Source of the DNA: Camelus ferus
Lineage: Eukaryota
Direction of reading: 5' to 3'
Assembly (NCBI RefSeq): GCF_009834535.1
Contig: NC_045697.1
Span: 104,906,001-104,970,000, forward strand
DNA: 64,000 bases
Both the position numbers and the translations under genes were made by a program. The notes below the pieces were generated by a model. That model worked only from the letters and a program-made list of their open reading frames with translations. It was not told the DNA's origin and searched no databases. This document shows positions 48,948 to 59,945 of this stretch, in pieces. The stretch's first letter is position 1, and every line of letters starts with the position of its first letter.

Positions 48948-49001
48948 AGGACCTCGTGCATGCTAAGCAAGCTCTCTACCACTGAGCTATACCCACCCCG
49001 C
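48948..49001 (-). mobile_element. 5' half of the same Vic-1-like SINE (A box)
   Basis: Minus strand reads GCGGGGTGGGTATAGCTCAGTGGTAGAGAGCTTGCTTAGCATGCACGAGGTCCT, preceded by aattatgcaagag. Confidence 0.88.
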
Positions 49002-49141
49002 CTCTTGCATAATTCTCAATAATCATTTTATTGATTTGCTTCATAATTTCCTATCAGGAACGCAATAGAGGGAATTCGGGCACATTGTTAATGAGAACCA
49101 TGGGTGATGATACTTCTAAGGTCTAAGGGATAAAGAGAATA

Positions 49142-50118
49142 TGTTTGATTCCTAGGGCTGCTATAACAGTACCACAAACTGAATGGTTTAAAATAACAGA
49201 AATATACTCTCTCACCGTTCAAGAGGTGAGGCCCAAATTCAAGGTGTCAGCAGGGCCGTGCTCCCTCTGAAGGCTCTAGGGAAGGACCCTTCCTCGCCTC
49301 CTCCACCTCCCGGGGTTTCCTGGCAGTCCTTGGCTTGTGCACGCATCAGTCCATTCTGTCTCCATGGTCACATGATCGTCTCCCCTGTATCTGTCTTCAC
49401 ATGGCCATCTTCCCTCTGTGTCTTTGTTTTCTTGTAAGGGTACCAGTCATGTTGGATTAAAGGACCCTGTGGTCTCACCTTAACTCGTGACATCTGCAGT
49501 GACCTTATATCACATGACCGCTGTGTTAAACACATCTTTTTATTCTGATGTTTCGATATCCAAGGCCTTAATGACCCTGGGGAGACTGCCCTTTCCGGGG
49601 CTGACCAACTCCTAGAGATAGGAAACCTGGGTGCACTTCCCGTATGCAGACTAACCCATCCAGAGCCCACTTTCCCTCCCCCGACCCCATCCTTCTGGTT
49701 CTTACCCTCCAGACTAATATTCTGTTGCTTTAACCACCTCAGGGCCAGGTACCAGATAATCAGGAACCCTCTCTACACCCAGCAGTCCTAAGCCTGCTGA
49801 AAAACTCGCACCACCAGTGCTAAGCCTGCCTGCCCTGCCTTGCCTGCTCCTTCCCGTGGGTGCTGCAGCTAAGCCTCTTGCCCGAGTTCTCTCCTTGCCT
49901 GTTGCCCCGTGACCCATCCCGGTGCTTCCCTGTGGCCCTGCCTGGCATGCCTGCTGTTTCTGGGGGTGCGTGAGGATACACTTCCTCCTCCATCACAGTC
50001 GTTTTTGTGTCTGCATGTCCTACCACACCTGATGGCAGCAGGTCCCCGGTACATTTTAAAACAGTCACATTCTGAGATACGGGGTGGTTATTGTTTTGGG
50101 TGATAAAATTTAACCCCT
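49142..50118 (-). mobile_element. MaLR LTR (MLT1B/C/D-like) split by a MER74-like LTR
   Basis: ttcctagggctgctataacagtaccacaaactg...aaggtgtcagcagggccgtgctccctctgaaggctctagggaagga...; resumes at 50064 with gtcacattctgaga...aatttaacccctaa. Confidence 0.85.
49522..50063 (+). mobile_element. ERVL LTR, MER74-like, nested in MLT1
   Basis: TG start; ttctgatgtttcgatatccaaggccttaatgaccctggggagactgcc...ccaactcctagagatag; ends tacattttaaaaca. Confidence 0.75.
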
Positions 50119-50497
50119 AAGAGGGAGGAACTTCTTTGCTAACATTTTATTGGCATCCCCTGGTGGGGCAGGACCCGGCAACTAGACTCCTCCAGTGAGT
50201 GAGGAGCAGGCTGGAAGGGCAACGAGCCAGAGGGATCTGTTCTTAAACGTCAGCTGAGGAAAGGCAGTGACTGCAGCTGCGCCGAAATGACCTCGTAGGG
50301 GAGGCATAGAAGATTAATAATAGGGACAAAGATGGATTTTCTTTTCTTTTTTTCTGAAAGGTGGCAAGATAGGTGTAAATTCTCTGTTTGAAGATTTAAC
50401 AGATGAGCTGTTGTAATTGTTTGTTTTTCGGGATATATTTGATTCTGAGTTCTCTGCTAACTATTTTTTTTCTTCTTCTTTTTTTTTCCCCCTAAAG

Positions 50498-50603
50498 AAA
50501 GCGGCAGCCCAGAATCGCGTGTTAACGCTATCCATTTCTTGGTACACAAACTGCCGGAGAAAAATAAAGAAATGCTGGATATTTTGGTGAAACACTTAAC
50601 TAA
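50498..50603 (+). CDS. ARHGAP10: ARHGAP10 coding exon (probably exon 17), 106 nt, RhoGAP
   Basis: CTAAC at 50457-50461, ~30-nt pyrimidine tract, acceptor aaag|AA, donor TAA|gtaagc; encodes (K)[34 protein letters not shown](N); phase 1 to 2. Confidence 0.95.
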
Positions 50604-51047
50604 GTAAGCCTCCCTTCCTTCCTTCCTTCGTTTTGCTCTGGGTGCTGTGCGGTGGTGTTGAATCTGGATCGCTTGGAAGTGGGGCTGCGTACACAGGACC
50701 AGGGACCACACCTGCAAGGGCAGGCTGGACACTTGACTCACTGTGTGTGTTTTGGACAGGAGTGGTGAAATGCAATGCTTTCACAAAGTCATATAATTAT
50801 TTGCTTAACATCGCTGCCAGCAACTCAGGGTTTGAGTTGAAGTAAGAAAAGAGAACATTATACGTTTCCCTGTGCACAGATTCTGGAAATGCGATTATAA
50901 GTCTGTTAGCAAATTTAGCATGGTTTCACACCTTCCCAACTCTAAGTCTGAACATGTCCTTTCAGTGAGTTTAATCCGGTAATAGGTAGTTATTTTGTAG
51001 GATCCATTCTATTCCTTTCATTACTCCTTTAAAAAGCAAGCAAAATC

Positions 51048-51168
51048 GAATGGCCTGTAATGAAAAAGAACATGAAAAGGAATATGTTTGTGTGCATATA
51101 TATAAATAAATGAATCACTATACTGTACACCAGAAATTAACACATTGTAAATCAACTATATTTCAGTG
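51048..51168 (+). mobile_element. Short younger L1 3' end with perfect 17-bp TSD
   Basis: TSD aaaaagcaagcaaaatc at 51031-51047 and 51169-51185, at a canonical TTT/AAAA L1 endonuclease site; insert matches 22975-23090. Confidence 0.92.
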
Positions 51169-51374
51169 AAAAAGCAAGCAAAATCTGATTAATTCAGTGG
51201 AGAAATTAGCTCTTTCTTCAAATAGAAGTGACTCCTAGATCACGATAACTGTAGAATTTTAGAGGTGAGAGGAAGCTGAGGAACGCTGTGTTTTAGAACC
51301 TTTATTTCATGTGAAAAAGAAACAGAAAGCCAGACGATATTATGGCCTCCCAAGGGTCCTACTATTGGTATCAC

Positions 51375-52005
51375 CATTCATTCATTTGGTCAGCAAATAG
51401 GTGTTGAATGCCTCCTTAAGGCACTAGCTGATACAAGGGCATAGTTGAACAAGATAGACAAAGTCCCTACTTTCATGAAGTCCCTTCTTTCTAAGAGGGA
51501 AAAGATCATAAACAGATGACAAATGAAAATAGAAAATGGTTTCAGGTGATTAAATGACAAAAAGATGAAGTAGAATGAGGGATAAAGAGTATATATTGAG
51601 TGTGGGACTACGAAGATGGTTATGGAAGGTCTCTTCGAGGATGTGACCTTTTGAGTTGAGACCTGAATTAGGTGTCAGGGCTGCTAAGAACAGTTGTCCA
51701 GGTTGTTCACTGCACAATGGTACTGGGCCAAAGAGATGAGTGTGGGTGTTCTGACCAAACTCTGTGTGCTTGTGAGGGTAATTTTGACAAACGTACCATG
51801 TGGTCTCGTATTCCTTGGTAGCAAAGGGATAATGATCTGGGGAAAGAAAGGATGTTCGAAATAATTGGAACAGTAAATGAAGGCTGTCAGGGACCCAAGC
51901 TTAGCATATACATGAGATTATTAAAAAAGACATATGGCTAAGCAGAACATCAAAGAAAGAGAAGTAGGAAGGTAGGCAGGGACCTCCTGACCTAGGGCTT
52001 TGTCA
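51375..52005 (-). mobile_element. L2 3' region (possibly with a small hAT/MER91-like insert at ~51677-51815)
   Basis: cattcattcatttggtcagcaaataggtgttgaatgcct...gaacaagatagacaaagtccctactttcatgaag...tttgagttgagacctgaa. Confidence 0.7.
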
Positions 52006-52153
52006 GATCCGGGTACTTGAGTGGCAGATGTTGAGAACAGTGGTGTCTGACCCCTTGTTTTTAGGGGAATACAGAGTTGTAGAGTATTGTACTTTCCGTA
52101 GTTACTGCCCTTCTTTTAACCAAAGACCTTTCTTTTCCCCTCATCAATACTAG

Positions 52154-52313
52154 TGTTTCCAATCACTCCAAGCACAACCTCATGACCGTGGCAAATTTAG
52201 GAGTGGTGTTTGGACCAACTCTGATGAGGCCACAGGAAGAAACTGTTGCAGCCATCATGGATTTGAAATTTCAGAATATTGTCGTGGAAATTTTAATTGA
52301 AAACCATGAAAAG
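52154..52313 (+). CDS. ARHGAP10: ARHGAP10 coding exon (probably exon 18), 160 nt, end of RhoGAP domain
   Basis: Acceptor tactag|T, donor AAG|gtaaaa; encodes [53 protein letters not shown] with the NxMxxxNLGxVFGPTL motif. Overlaps ORF-track entry 52182..52385. Phase 2 to 0. Confidence 0.97.
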
Positions 52314-53361
52314 GTAAAACTTCTTTTTGTTGTTGTTTTTTCCTTAAGGAAATTCCTGGTCTGGGCTTGTCTCCATGAGAGTTAGAGCTAACCTCTTAGA
52401 TTTTCCTTCTCTCTCTCTATTTAATTTTATTATCATGGTGGTGAGTGGTGACCTTCTGTCTTCTGATAAGAGTTTTTCCAGAAATCTGAAGCTTACCTGG
52501 TTGTCTGTTATCTCACTGATTTAAGGAGGAAATGTTTAATCCAGATGCAAATGAATATCAGCAATGTTATTGTGGACTGTTGATGGTTTTTGCTGGCTTT
52601 GTTCCTATCCTTGGATTTCTCCCTCAAATTCTATTTTCTGTAACACAAGGAAGATATTTCTGTCAATCTGTGTCTTATTCTCCCCAGAAAAACACACACA
52701 GCTCTCCCTCTCCGTACAGTTGTGCTAACGTCCTTGACTCTGGGGACTCTAGTTTAAGAATCTCTGGTTTAAAATGAATAATCTCTTAGGTAATATATCT
52801 TGTTGTGTGTTTCTCTGTATTCAAGGGAATACATGATTTTTCAAAATACAGTAGACTCAGGACCTTTTACATCCCCCCCCCCTCGCCCCCATTCTGTTCA
52901 TGTAGATCAGGACCTTGCTAATAACTTTCCTCCATTCTCCTTCTAAGACAGGGAATTTGAAAATGGTTAAAATGCATGGACAGCAGCTTGTTTATTATTA
53001 TTTTGTTACATTGAGATTGCATTATATGCCAAGCAGGCATGAGGTGCTGGGATGTGAGGAAGAACATTACAGCCCCTGATGGTAAACAGGTTGCCGTCTG
53101 GGGGCTGGAGCCCTGTTCTGGGACTCGTATCCCGTGCACACATGCTGGTCTAACGCCCTGTGTAATTTACTTATTTTCCTAGTTGTTATGGAGTTCTCTC
53201 TCCTAGATCTTTGAGGGCAGAGATCTTTTTGAACGTTTAGAATAATACCTGGTACATGTTAGGTGCTCAGTTAGTATTTATTTGATGAATTAATGGATTC
53301 AGTGAAATTTAACGGGGTCGGGGGAGTGGGAAAGAGGCAGACAAAGGCAGGTACAGTCCCT

Positions 53362-53636
53362 TTCTTTACTGATGTATAGTCAGGTTACAAGGCTGTGTTA
53401 ATTTCTGGTATACGGCATAGTGGCTCAGTTATATGTCTGTATATATGTCCCTTTTTATATTTTTTTCCTCATAGGCTATTACAAGGTAATGGATATACAG
53501 TAGATCCCCATTGTTTATCCCTTTTATATATAGTGGTTGATGTCTGCAAATCTCGAACTCCCAATTTATCCCTCCACCCCCCTGCCCCCCTTTCCCCCTG
53601 GTAACCTCAAGTTTGCTTTATATGTCTGTGAGTTTC
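53362..53636 (-). mobile_element. Younger L1 3' end, antisense to the gene
   Basis: tttactgatgtatagtcaggttacaag...tctgcaaatctcgaactcccaatttatccctcc...tgtctgtgagt; reverse complement of ~22820-23090. Confidence 0.88.
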
Positions 53637-55459
53637 TGGGAGGTGGAGGCCCTTTGAGCAAAGCAATGCAAGGGCGTTTCTTGGATTCTTGCTGTGTTGG
53701 CTGTTTGCTAGAGCCGTTCTAAGCTTGTGCGAACATCAATTCCCACTGAAAAGTTAAGCTTGGAACCTGGCCAGAGATTTTCTTTACCAGTGTGGTAAAA
53801 AGCAGCTGGGGTATGGGTGTCAGACGTTTCTGGGTTTTTTGGCTTATGTTTTTGTTTTTTGGCAGCTTGTGGTGAATTTCTGCCTCCTTTTGGGGTCTTG
53901 TCAAACTGTCATTCAGCATCATTAGCGTGTTTGGTGAGCTGTCCAGACAGCTTCATGCAACGGTGGCTACTATACTTAGACTATTACCTTGAGACAATAG
54001 TTAGGAGTGCAGTGCTCATTAGATTAAATCCCAAGTGGAGAAGTTTTATCCAATTTATTTGCGAAACTCCTGGCTCTGGGTCTTGCTCTCAGGTAAAAGA
54101 CTTTCCATCTCAGGCTGAAGCTTCCTGTTTTCTTATCTTATTTGAAGCTGAGGAGATAAGTACGTGGTTTTTCCTGCTGGGCGGTAGAGAAGGCGGCTCT
54201 CACCTTGTTACCAAATCCTACAGGAACCTCCAAGTGGCATTGGCGAGCCAGTTACAATGGTTACACGGCACATGACACTGGACCCACTCTCTGAGATGGA
54301 GCTGAGCAGCCTCTTAGTTCCCCTCTTTCTTTTTGCGGCCAGGCTGGCTAGCGCTATGGATGCACAACGGGTGTTAGGTGAAGTGCTGAGGTTTCCCACC
54401 AAGAGGAGGTGAGATACTGAGTTTCAGATACTTTGCTGAGCACGTGGGCTTAGGTTTGGAAGCAGAGGGCTGCTTGGGGTGGGGGTGGACGGAGTGGCTG
54501 TTAGCTTAGGCTAGTGGACATTTTTGAGAACTTAATTTCCCCACAACCTCTTTTTTTCCCCTCCGATCTCATCCTTGGCCATTTTGACTCTCACTCCCAG
54601 CTCTGTTCCTGCTTAACCAGACTTCACCTCGGAGTCCAGGCTCTGCCGTGTGGCAGAGAGTTTCTGCTGACAAGGGTGGTTGTGTGGAGACACTTCCCAT
54701 GGATGCCTGGCCCCTCCCGTCCAAGCCAGAGGTTTCCTTGATGACCTATCCCCATGGACCACCCATAGGAGCTTCTGTTTGCCTTGAACGTGGCGAGGCA
54801 GGGATACAGCTCCTCTTAATGTTTGAGAACGAAAAGCAAAAGGACAGGGAGGAAGGATAGGAAAGGTTAAAAAGAATAGTCTTGTGAGGAAGGGGCAATT
54901 TTAATTCAAAACAGGAGGGGGGGCCCTAGCAGTGAAATGAAGAGGCTCAGTAGAGTTGGTGAAGGAGAGCGGAGCAGGGGAAATGACAATAGAAGGAAAA
55001 TGTTTTCTTTTCCTCAGTTACTTATTTTTCTTCCCCCGGAATGTGAAAAATGTTAACTCTGACCAGGAAAGTCACTAAGTCAGAAGAAGGAAACTTTCAA
55101 CATGTAATTAAAGCAAGAAAGTGCCAGATTAAATTTGGAGTTAGAAAAAGACCCCTGGTTAATCTGCTTTGGAGATCACATTTTGTCCAAGCCTCTTTGC
55201 TGTTTTCATACAATCCATACGTACCTTATGGGAAACTTAATCCATATGTTTTGGCTTCATTTCCGCTCAGTACCTTAAGTTGTTGTTTTAAAAGAAGTTT
55301 TCCATGGGCCAAAAATATTATCAAAGTCTTTCTTCCCTTGCAAACCAGAAAATTGCATTTCCCAGGTGGAAAGGGTACTGTGAAACTCCCAAGGATTTTC
55401 AAATTGGGGTTGAGCCGTAAAATTTGTGTCTTTTGCATAAGTTTCGTTGTTATGGTATA

Positions 55460-55779
55460 CAGTGGTCCCTCAGTATCTGTGGGGGATTGGTTCCAGGACC
55501 TCCTGCAGATACTAAACTCCACAGATGCTCCAGTCCCTTATATAAGATGGCATAGTGTTATTAGCATATACCCTGTTCACATTCTCCCCTCATTGAAATC
55601 ATCTCTAGATTACTTGTAATGCCTAATACAATGTAAGTGCTATGTAAATAGTTGCCGGTGTGCGGCAAATTCAAGTTTTGCTCTTTGGAACTTTCTAGAA
55701 CTTTTTTTGGTGGTGGGGGGATATGTTCATTCCACCGTTGGTTGCATCTGATGACGCAGGACCCAGGGAAGGCCGGCTG
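55460..55779. mobile_element. MER2 (TcMar-Tigger) non-autonomous DNA transposon
   Basis: TA|cagtggtccctcagtatctgtgggggattggttccaggacc ... gggaaggccggctg|TA; TA target duplication and degenerate terminal inverted repeats. Confidence 0.88.
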
Positions 55780-55789
55780 TACCTGTTAT

Positions 55790-56600
55790 GGATTCATTCC
55801 GTGCATTTGTGATAAGCTCCTGCTCTGAGTCAGACCTGGTGTGAGATGCGGGAGAGGCAGAGGCAGGCTGGTGGGGAAAAGGAACGATGCTGGAGAGGAG
55901 ACGCTCTCAGACAGATGCAGAGAAGGCTGCCGAGACTTCAGGGTTGCGTTTACATCCAACTGTAGGGAGTCTGGAGAGTCTCCTGAGTAGGTGATTTGGG
56001 TCGGCTTTAGGATGGAGTTGTAGCAGGTGAAGGGGTTTTAAGGGGACATTTCAGGAGTCAATGTCATCAGAGAAGCAGAGTTGGCATATGTTCTGGAAAA
56101 GCTCCTGTTGGATCGAGGGTGGGGGCAGGAGATGAGATGGGAAAGAGCCTTGGGCAGCTGTGGGGAGGTGGGGAACACCACCAGAGGGCTTTGGATTTAA
56201 TTTTAGAGGCACCAGGGCCTCTCTCGGTTTTCAGGTGAACTGCTTACTCTGGCAGCAGGGTTTGCAGAAGCAAATAGAGAAATCAAAGGCCAGGTGAGAG
56301 GTCATGTGATGTGGGCATGAGACTGGGGACTCAGAGGGGGAGAGCATCGCTTGGTGAGGAGGAATAGACAAAACCCAGGCATGGGATTTGTGGGGCATCT
56401 CAGAGGAAGGTCTTATAAATGGCGCTGAGTACTCAATCCCGAGAGTTTGTCTTGGTGTTATTAATGAAAGGAAGAAAAGGGAATTAAGAAGAGTTTAGTC
56501 TACAACGTGCAGAATTTTAGTTGTTGTCTGGATATCCAGCAAGAGAAGCCCAGCGGACAGCTGGAATTGTGGGGCTCAACCTGGGGAGAAAATTTAGTGG
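55790..56600 (-). mobile_element. L2 relic
   Basis: attcattccgtgcatttgtgataagctcctgctctgagtcagac terminus followed by a purine-rich degenerate L2 body. Confidence 0.6.
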
Positions 56601-57294
56601 TAGAAAGTGTAATATATGGTATAAGGACATGATACAGGTGTGAGAAAGAATGTATTGGTTCATTTACTATTTATTAGGGTATTTATCTCATGTGACTCAT
56701 GTGTGTGTAATCCCCGTTGCATACATCTGTAGTGGTATCCTTGTATATGTACAGAATTTTTTTTACATGTCTTATCCCTTTATAAGTATGAGAAAACCGG
56801 AGGGTGACAGAGTGCTTGCTCACGGGCACACAGCTGGTAAGTGGCAATACTTGGGTCTGTGGTAAGGGTTGTCCAACTCTAAAGCTTTTACTTTTCATCA
56901 CTAGGAGAGAGTAAGAACTGTATTTCTGAGAAGCACCGAGATTTTACTCTTAGTGATAAAAGAGGAGGCAGGAGGAGCCCAGACAAGTTCGGTGTCAGGT
57001 GGTCGAGGGGCGTTGCCGGTGGTGCCAGGTGCGTCAGGAGATGGACAGGTATGGGGCCCAGCAGACAGCGTGTGTTCTCCCCGAGAGTGAAACGTCTGTT
57101 GAGAGCAGCTTGCAAGGCCTTGAGTGTTTAGGAATGGATGATAAATCGTATGGCTCTACTTCTGGCTTTTCCCGTTGGATGGAGGAATATGTGGGAGGAA
57201 GAGTCAGAGCAGATGTGATGGGGGAGGGAAGGATGGAGTGGGACCCCTGCAGCAGAGTTGTAGACCGCTCACTCATCGTTCTCATATGCTGATC

Positions 57295-57593
57295 ACCCCC
57301 ATAATCTTAAGTTTGTTTTCTATGTCTGTGAGTCTGTTTCTGTTTTGTAAATAAGTCTGTCTTTTTTTTTTTTTTAAGATTCCACATATAAGTGATATCA
57401 TATGGTATTTTTCTTTCTCTTTTTAGCCTATTTCACTTAGAATGGCAATCTTCAGGTCCATCCATGTTACTGCAAATGGCATTATTTCATTTTTTTTTTA
57501 ATGGCTGAGCAGTATTCCATTAAATAAATATACCACAACTTCTTTATCCAGTCCTCTGTCGATGGACCTTTAGATTGTTTCCATGTCTGGGAC
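57295..57593 (-). mobile_element. Younger L1 fragment (ORF2 end / proximal 3' UTR), antisense to the gene
   Basis: aagtttgttttctatgtctgtgagtctgtttctgttttgtaaataag...agattccacatataagtgatatcatatggta...caggtccatccatgtt...tttagattgtttccatgtct; reverse complement of ~22565-22850. Confidence 0.9.
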
Positions 57594-58420
57594 TGACTTT
57601 CTGACCTGCATCCACCTGTCTTTGCCAAAAGCTGGAACAGCACGTCCCTGCTCCCAGGTTCGTGGTGGGAGGGACACCCTGTTCAGTCCCCACTTGCAGG
57701 TCAGTGGCAGCCACATGTGGACCGTGTGTGACCGGGGCAGCCTGGCCTTCCATCCCCGTTGCTGCAGAAACGACACTCAGCCTCGCCCTCTGCAGGCTGG
57801 CCTCTGCCGCCCTTTAATGCCAGCGAGGCCTGAGTGAGTTGTGTACAAACCGTTTTCCGTTGAGGGCGAGGCACCTTCCTGTCTTACAGCTTGTCTTTTA
57901 ATGGGAAGAAGAGTTCTTTTTAAAGAAGAACCCAGCCTGCAATGCATCTTGATTTAGCTTGGCTGGCACTGGGTTGCTAAGCCACACCAGTTTTCGTGTG
58001 AGAGAGAAATAAATGTCTTAAACAACAGCAACAGTGATAAAACTCCAGAGTTTCCAGAAGTCAGCATCTGCCTAAGTGGCTGACCGTTCCACGTGGACCA
58101 TCAATCCCTGATGAAGCAAGGATATCTGACCAATTTTCAGAGGGTGTTTTTATTTTTATTTTCTGCCCCTTCCAGTTTTCACAACAGTTGGCCCCTTTGG
58201 CAGAACCTCTCAAACTTACTTTACTATTAGATTTTTTTTTTCTTTCTCAACAGGGCCTTGCATTTTCTGGAGTGTTTAAAAAAGACAGTTTAAAAGCACA
58301 GAAAACTTTGTCTTTCTCCTTCCTTTAAGGGGAATTGGAAAATAATACTGACAGTGTCTTCCCAGGTCTGCTCTGTTCACTTAGCCGCGGCATAGGACGC
58401 TCTGCTTCGCACCGTGCCGT

Positions 58421-58440
58421 TGCCCTGTAGGTGGCAGACA
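58421..58440 (+). promoter_or_regulatory. Candidate CTCF binding site
   Basis: TGCCCTGTAGGTGGCAGACA; core CCTGTAGGTGGCAG matches CCASYAGRKGGCRS at 13/14 positions; several CpGs retained just upstream. Motif evidence only. Confidence 0.5.
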
Positions 58441-59945
58441 GTATGTTCCAGTGGGACCAAAGTGGTTTGATGTGGGAAAATTTGGGACACAAGGGTCTTG
58501 CATCCCGCAGCATCTTAGGGTCCAGTTGAGACAAAGCACCGAGTCTGTCTCAGGAAGAGTCAAGAGCTGCAGTCTAGAAAGGGGGGTAGACTTACTCTTT
58601 GTTATCTAAGAAAGCGTGCTTGGTACAAGTGAGCAGAACTTGCCCGGAGGGGAGGTTTAGATTCAGCGGGGGGGACAACTTCATATTTTTAATCACGAGA
58701 CTCTGCTCGTATTAGAGATGGGATGGGGGAGTTGGAGGGAAGCTAACCGACATGTGACATCTGGCCCACCCTGAAGTTCTCTGCCAGGGTCTCTGGAGAC
58801 ACAGACATGCAGTGACAGGGTCTCAGAGCACGTCTCAGCGCCTGGGACTTGGCGCTCGTTGGTATCCGTAGAATTAAAAGTGATGAGGACCCGCGTGATC
58901 CTCTTGTTCACCTCCATTTATGTTGTTTGTATTCCCAGCAACACCGAGAGTACATGGAGGGGAAAATCAGAGTCTGAGAGTGTGAGGTGGCCGTGGGCGC
59001 CTTTCCTCGGGGGACTGTGGAGTGGGCTTGGCTTTTTGTGTGGACGAAGTGCCCCCTTTCAACATTTCTCTGTCAGATAAGGAAACCAGCTTTCAGAGCC
59101 GTCTCTTCCATCTCTCACAAGATAAAATTGAGAACAGTAATAATTACAATAGCCAGGACTGGCAGAGAGGACTGGGCTCAGCTCCTTACCTGACCTTTTC
59201 TTGCACTATTCTGTAGGATTATCACATAACAGCAGAGCAGGCTCCAAAGCGAAGTTCCTGGGGTTGGAATCTCAGCCTCACCAAGTTGTGTGGCCTCTGT
59301 GACCTGGGCCCCCGACTTAACCTCCTTGTCTGCTCCATCGTCTGTGAGGTCGGCATCACTAAGGCAAGGATGCGGGGAGCTGCTTTATAGAGAAGGAAGA
59401 CGAGGCTCAGGGAGGCTCCGTAACTTGCTGAGCCCCCATTGAAAGGTCTTCTGCTTAACTAATGAAAGGAGCCCCTTTCCATTGTTTTGCGACGTGCCAC
59501 AGGGCCGGAGGGAGGAAATCCGCAAGGGGCCGATTGAAGACAGCGTCTCTGTCCCGGTCAGGTCTTCAGAGTGCAGCCTCGAGATCTCATTTGAAGTCTG
59601 TTGTGTTTCCCTGAAGTTAAAACCGTTCTGAAACCACGCTGCTGCACTCAGTCAGTGATGACGGAGTGCAGACCACGTGCTAGGACCTCCGTACCTTTAG
59701 AATAGCCAACACTCACGTCCTCCCCAACTGGCTAGTGAATATTAGCCAAACTAAAGATCGACAGTCTTAATTCACGGACACTGGGGCGTAAGTGTTCCAT
59801 TTCTGCTGGGCTTCCATTAATCCTCCAGTTGTCACTGGAACTAAAGGTGGGAGTGGGTAAAATGATGACTTGGTGAAGCAGCTACTGCAGAGGGTCGTCT
59901 GAGTAGAGATCGTCCCATGAAGTCGAGCGCTGGCCTACCTGGGTG

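Noticed and set aside
55050..55619. 189-aa ORF
   Set aside because: Runs from AT-rich intron into a MER2 element; no recognisable protein similarity; consistent with chance.
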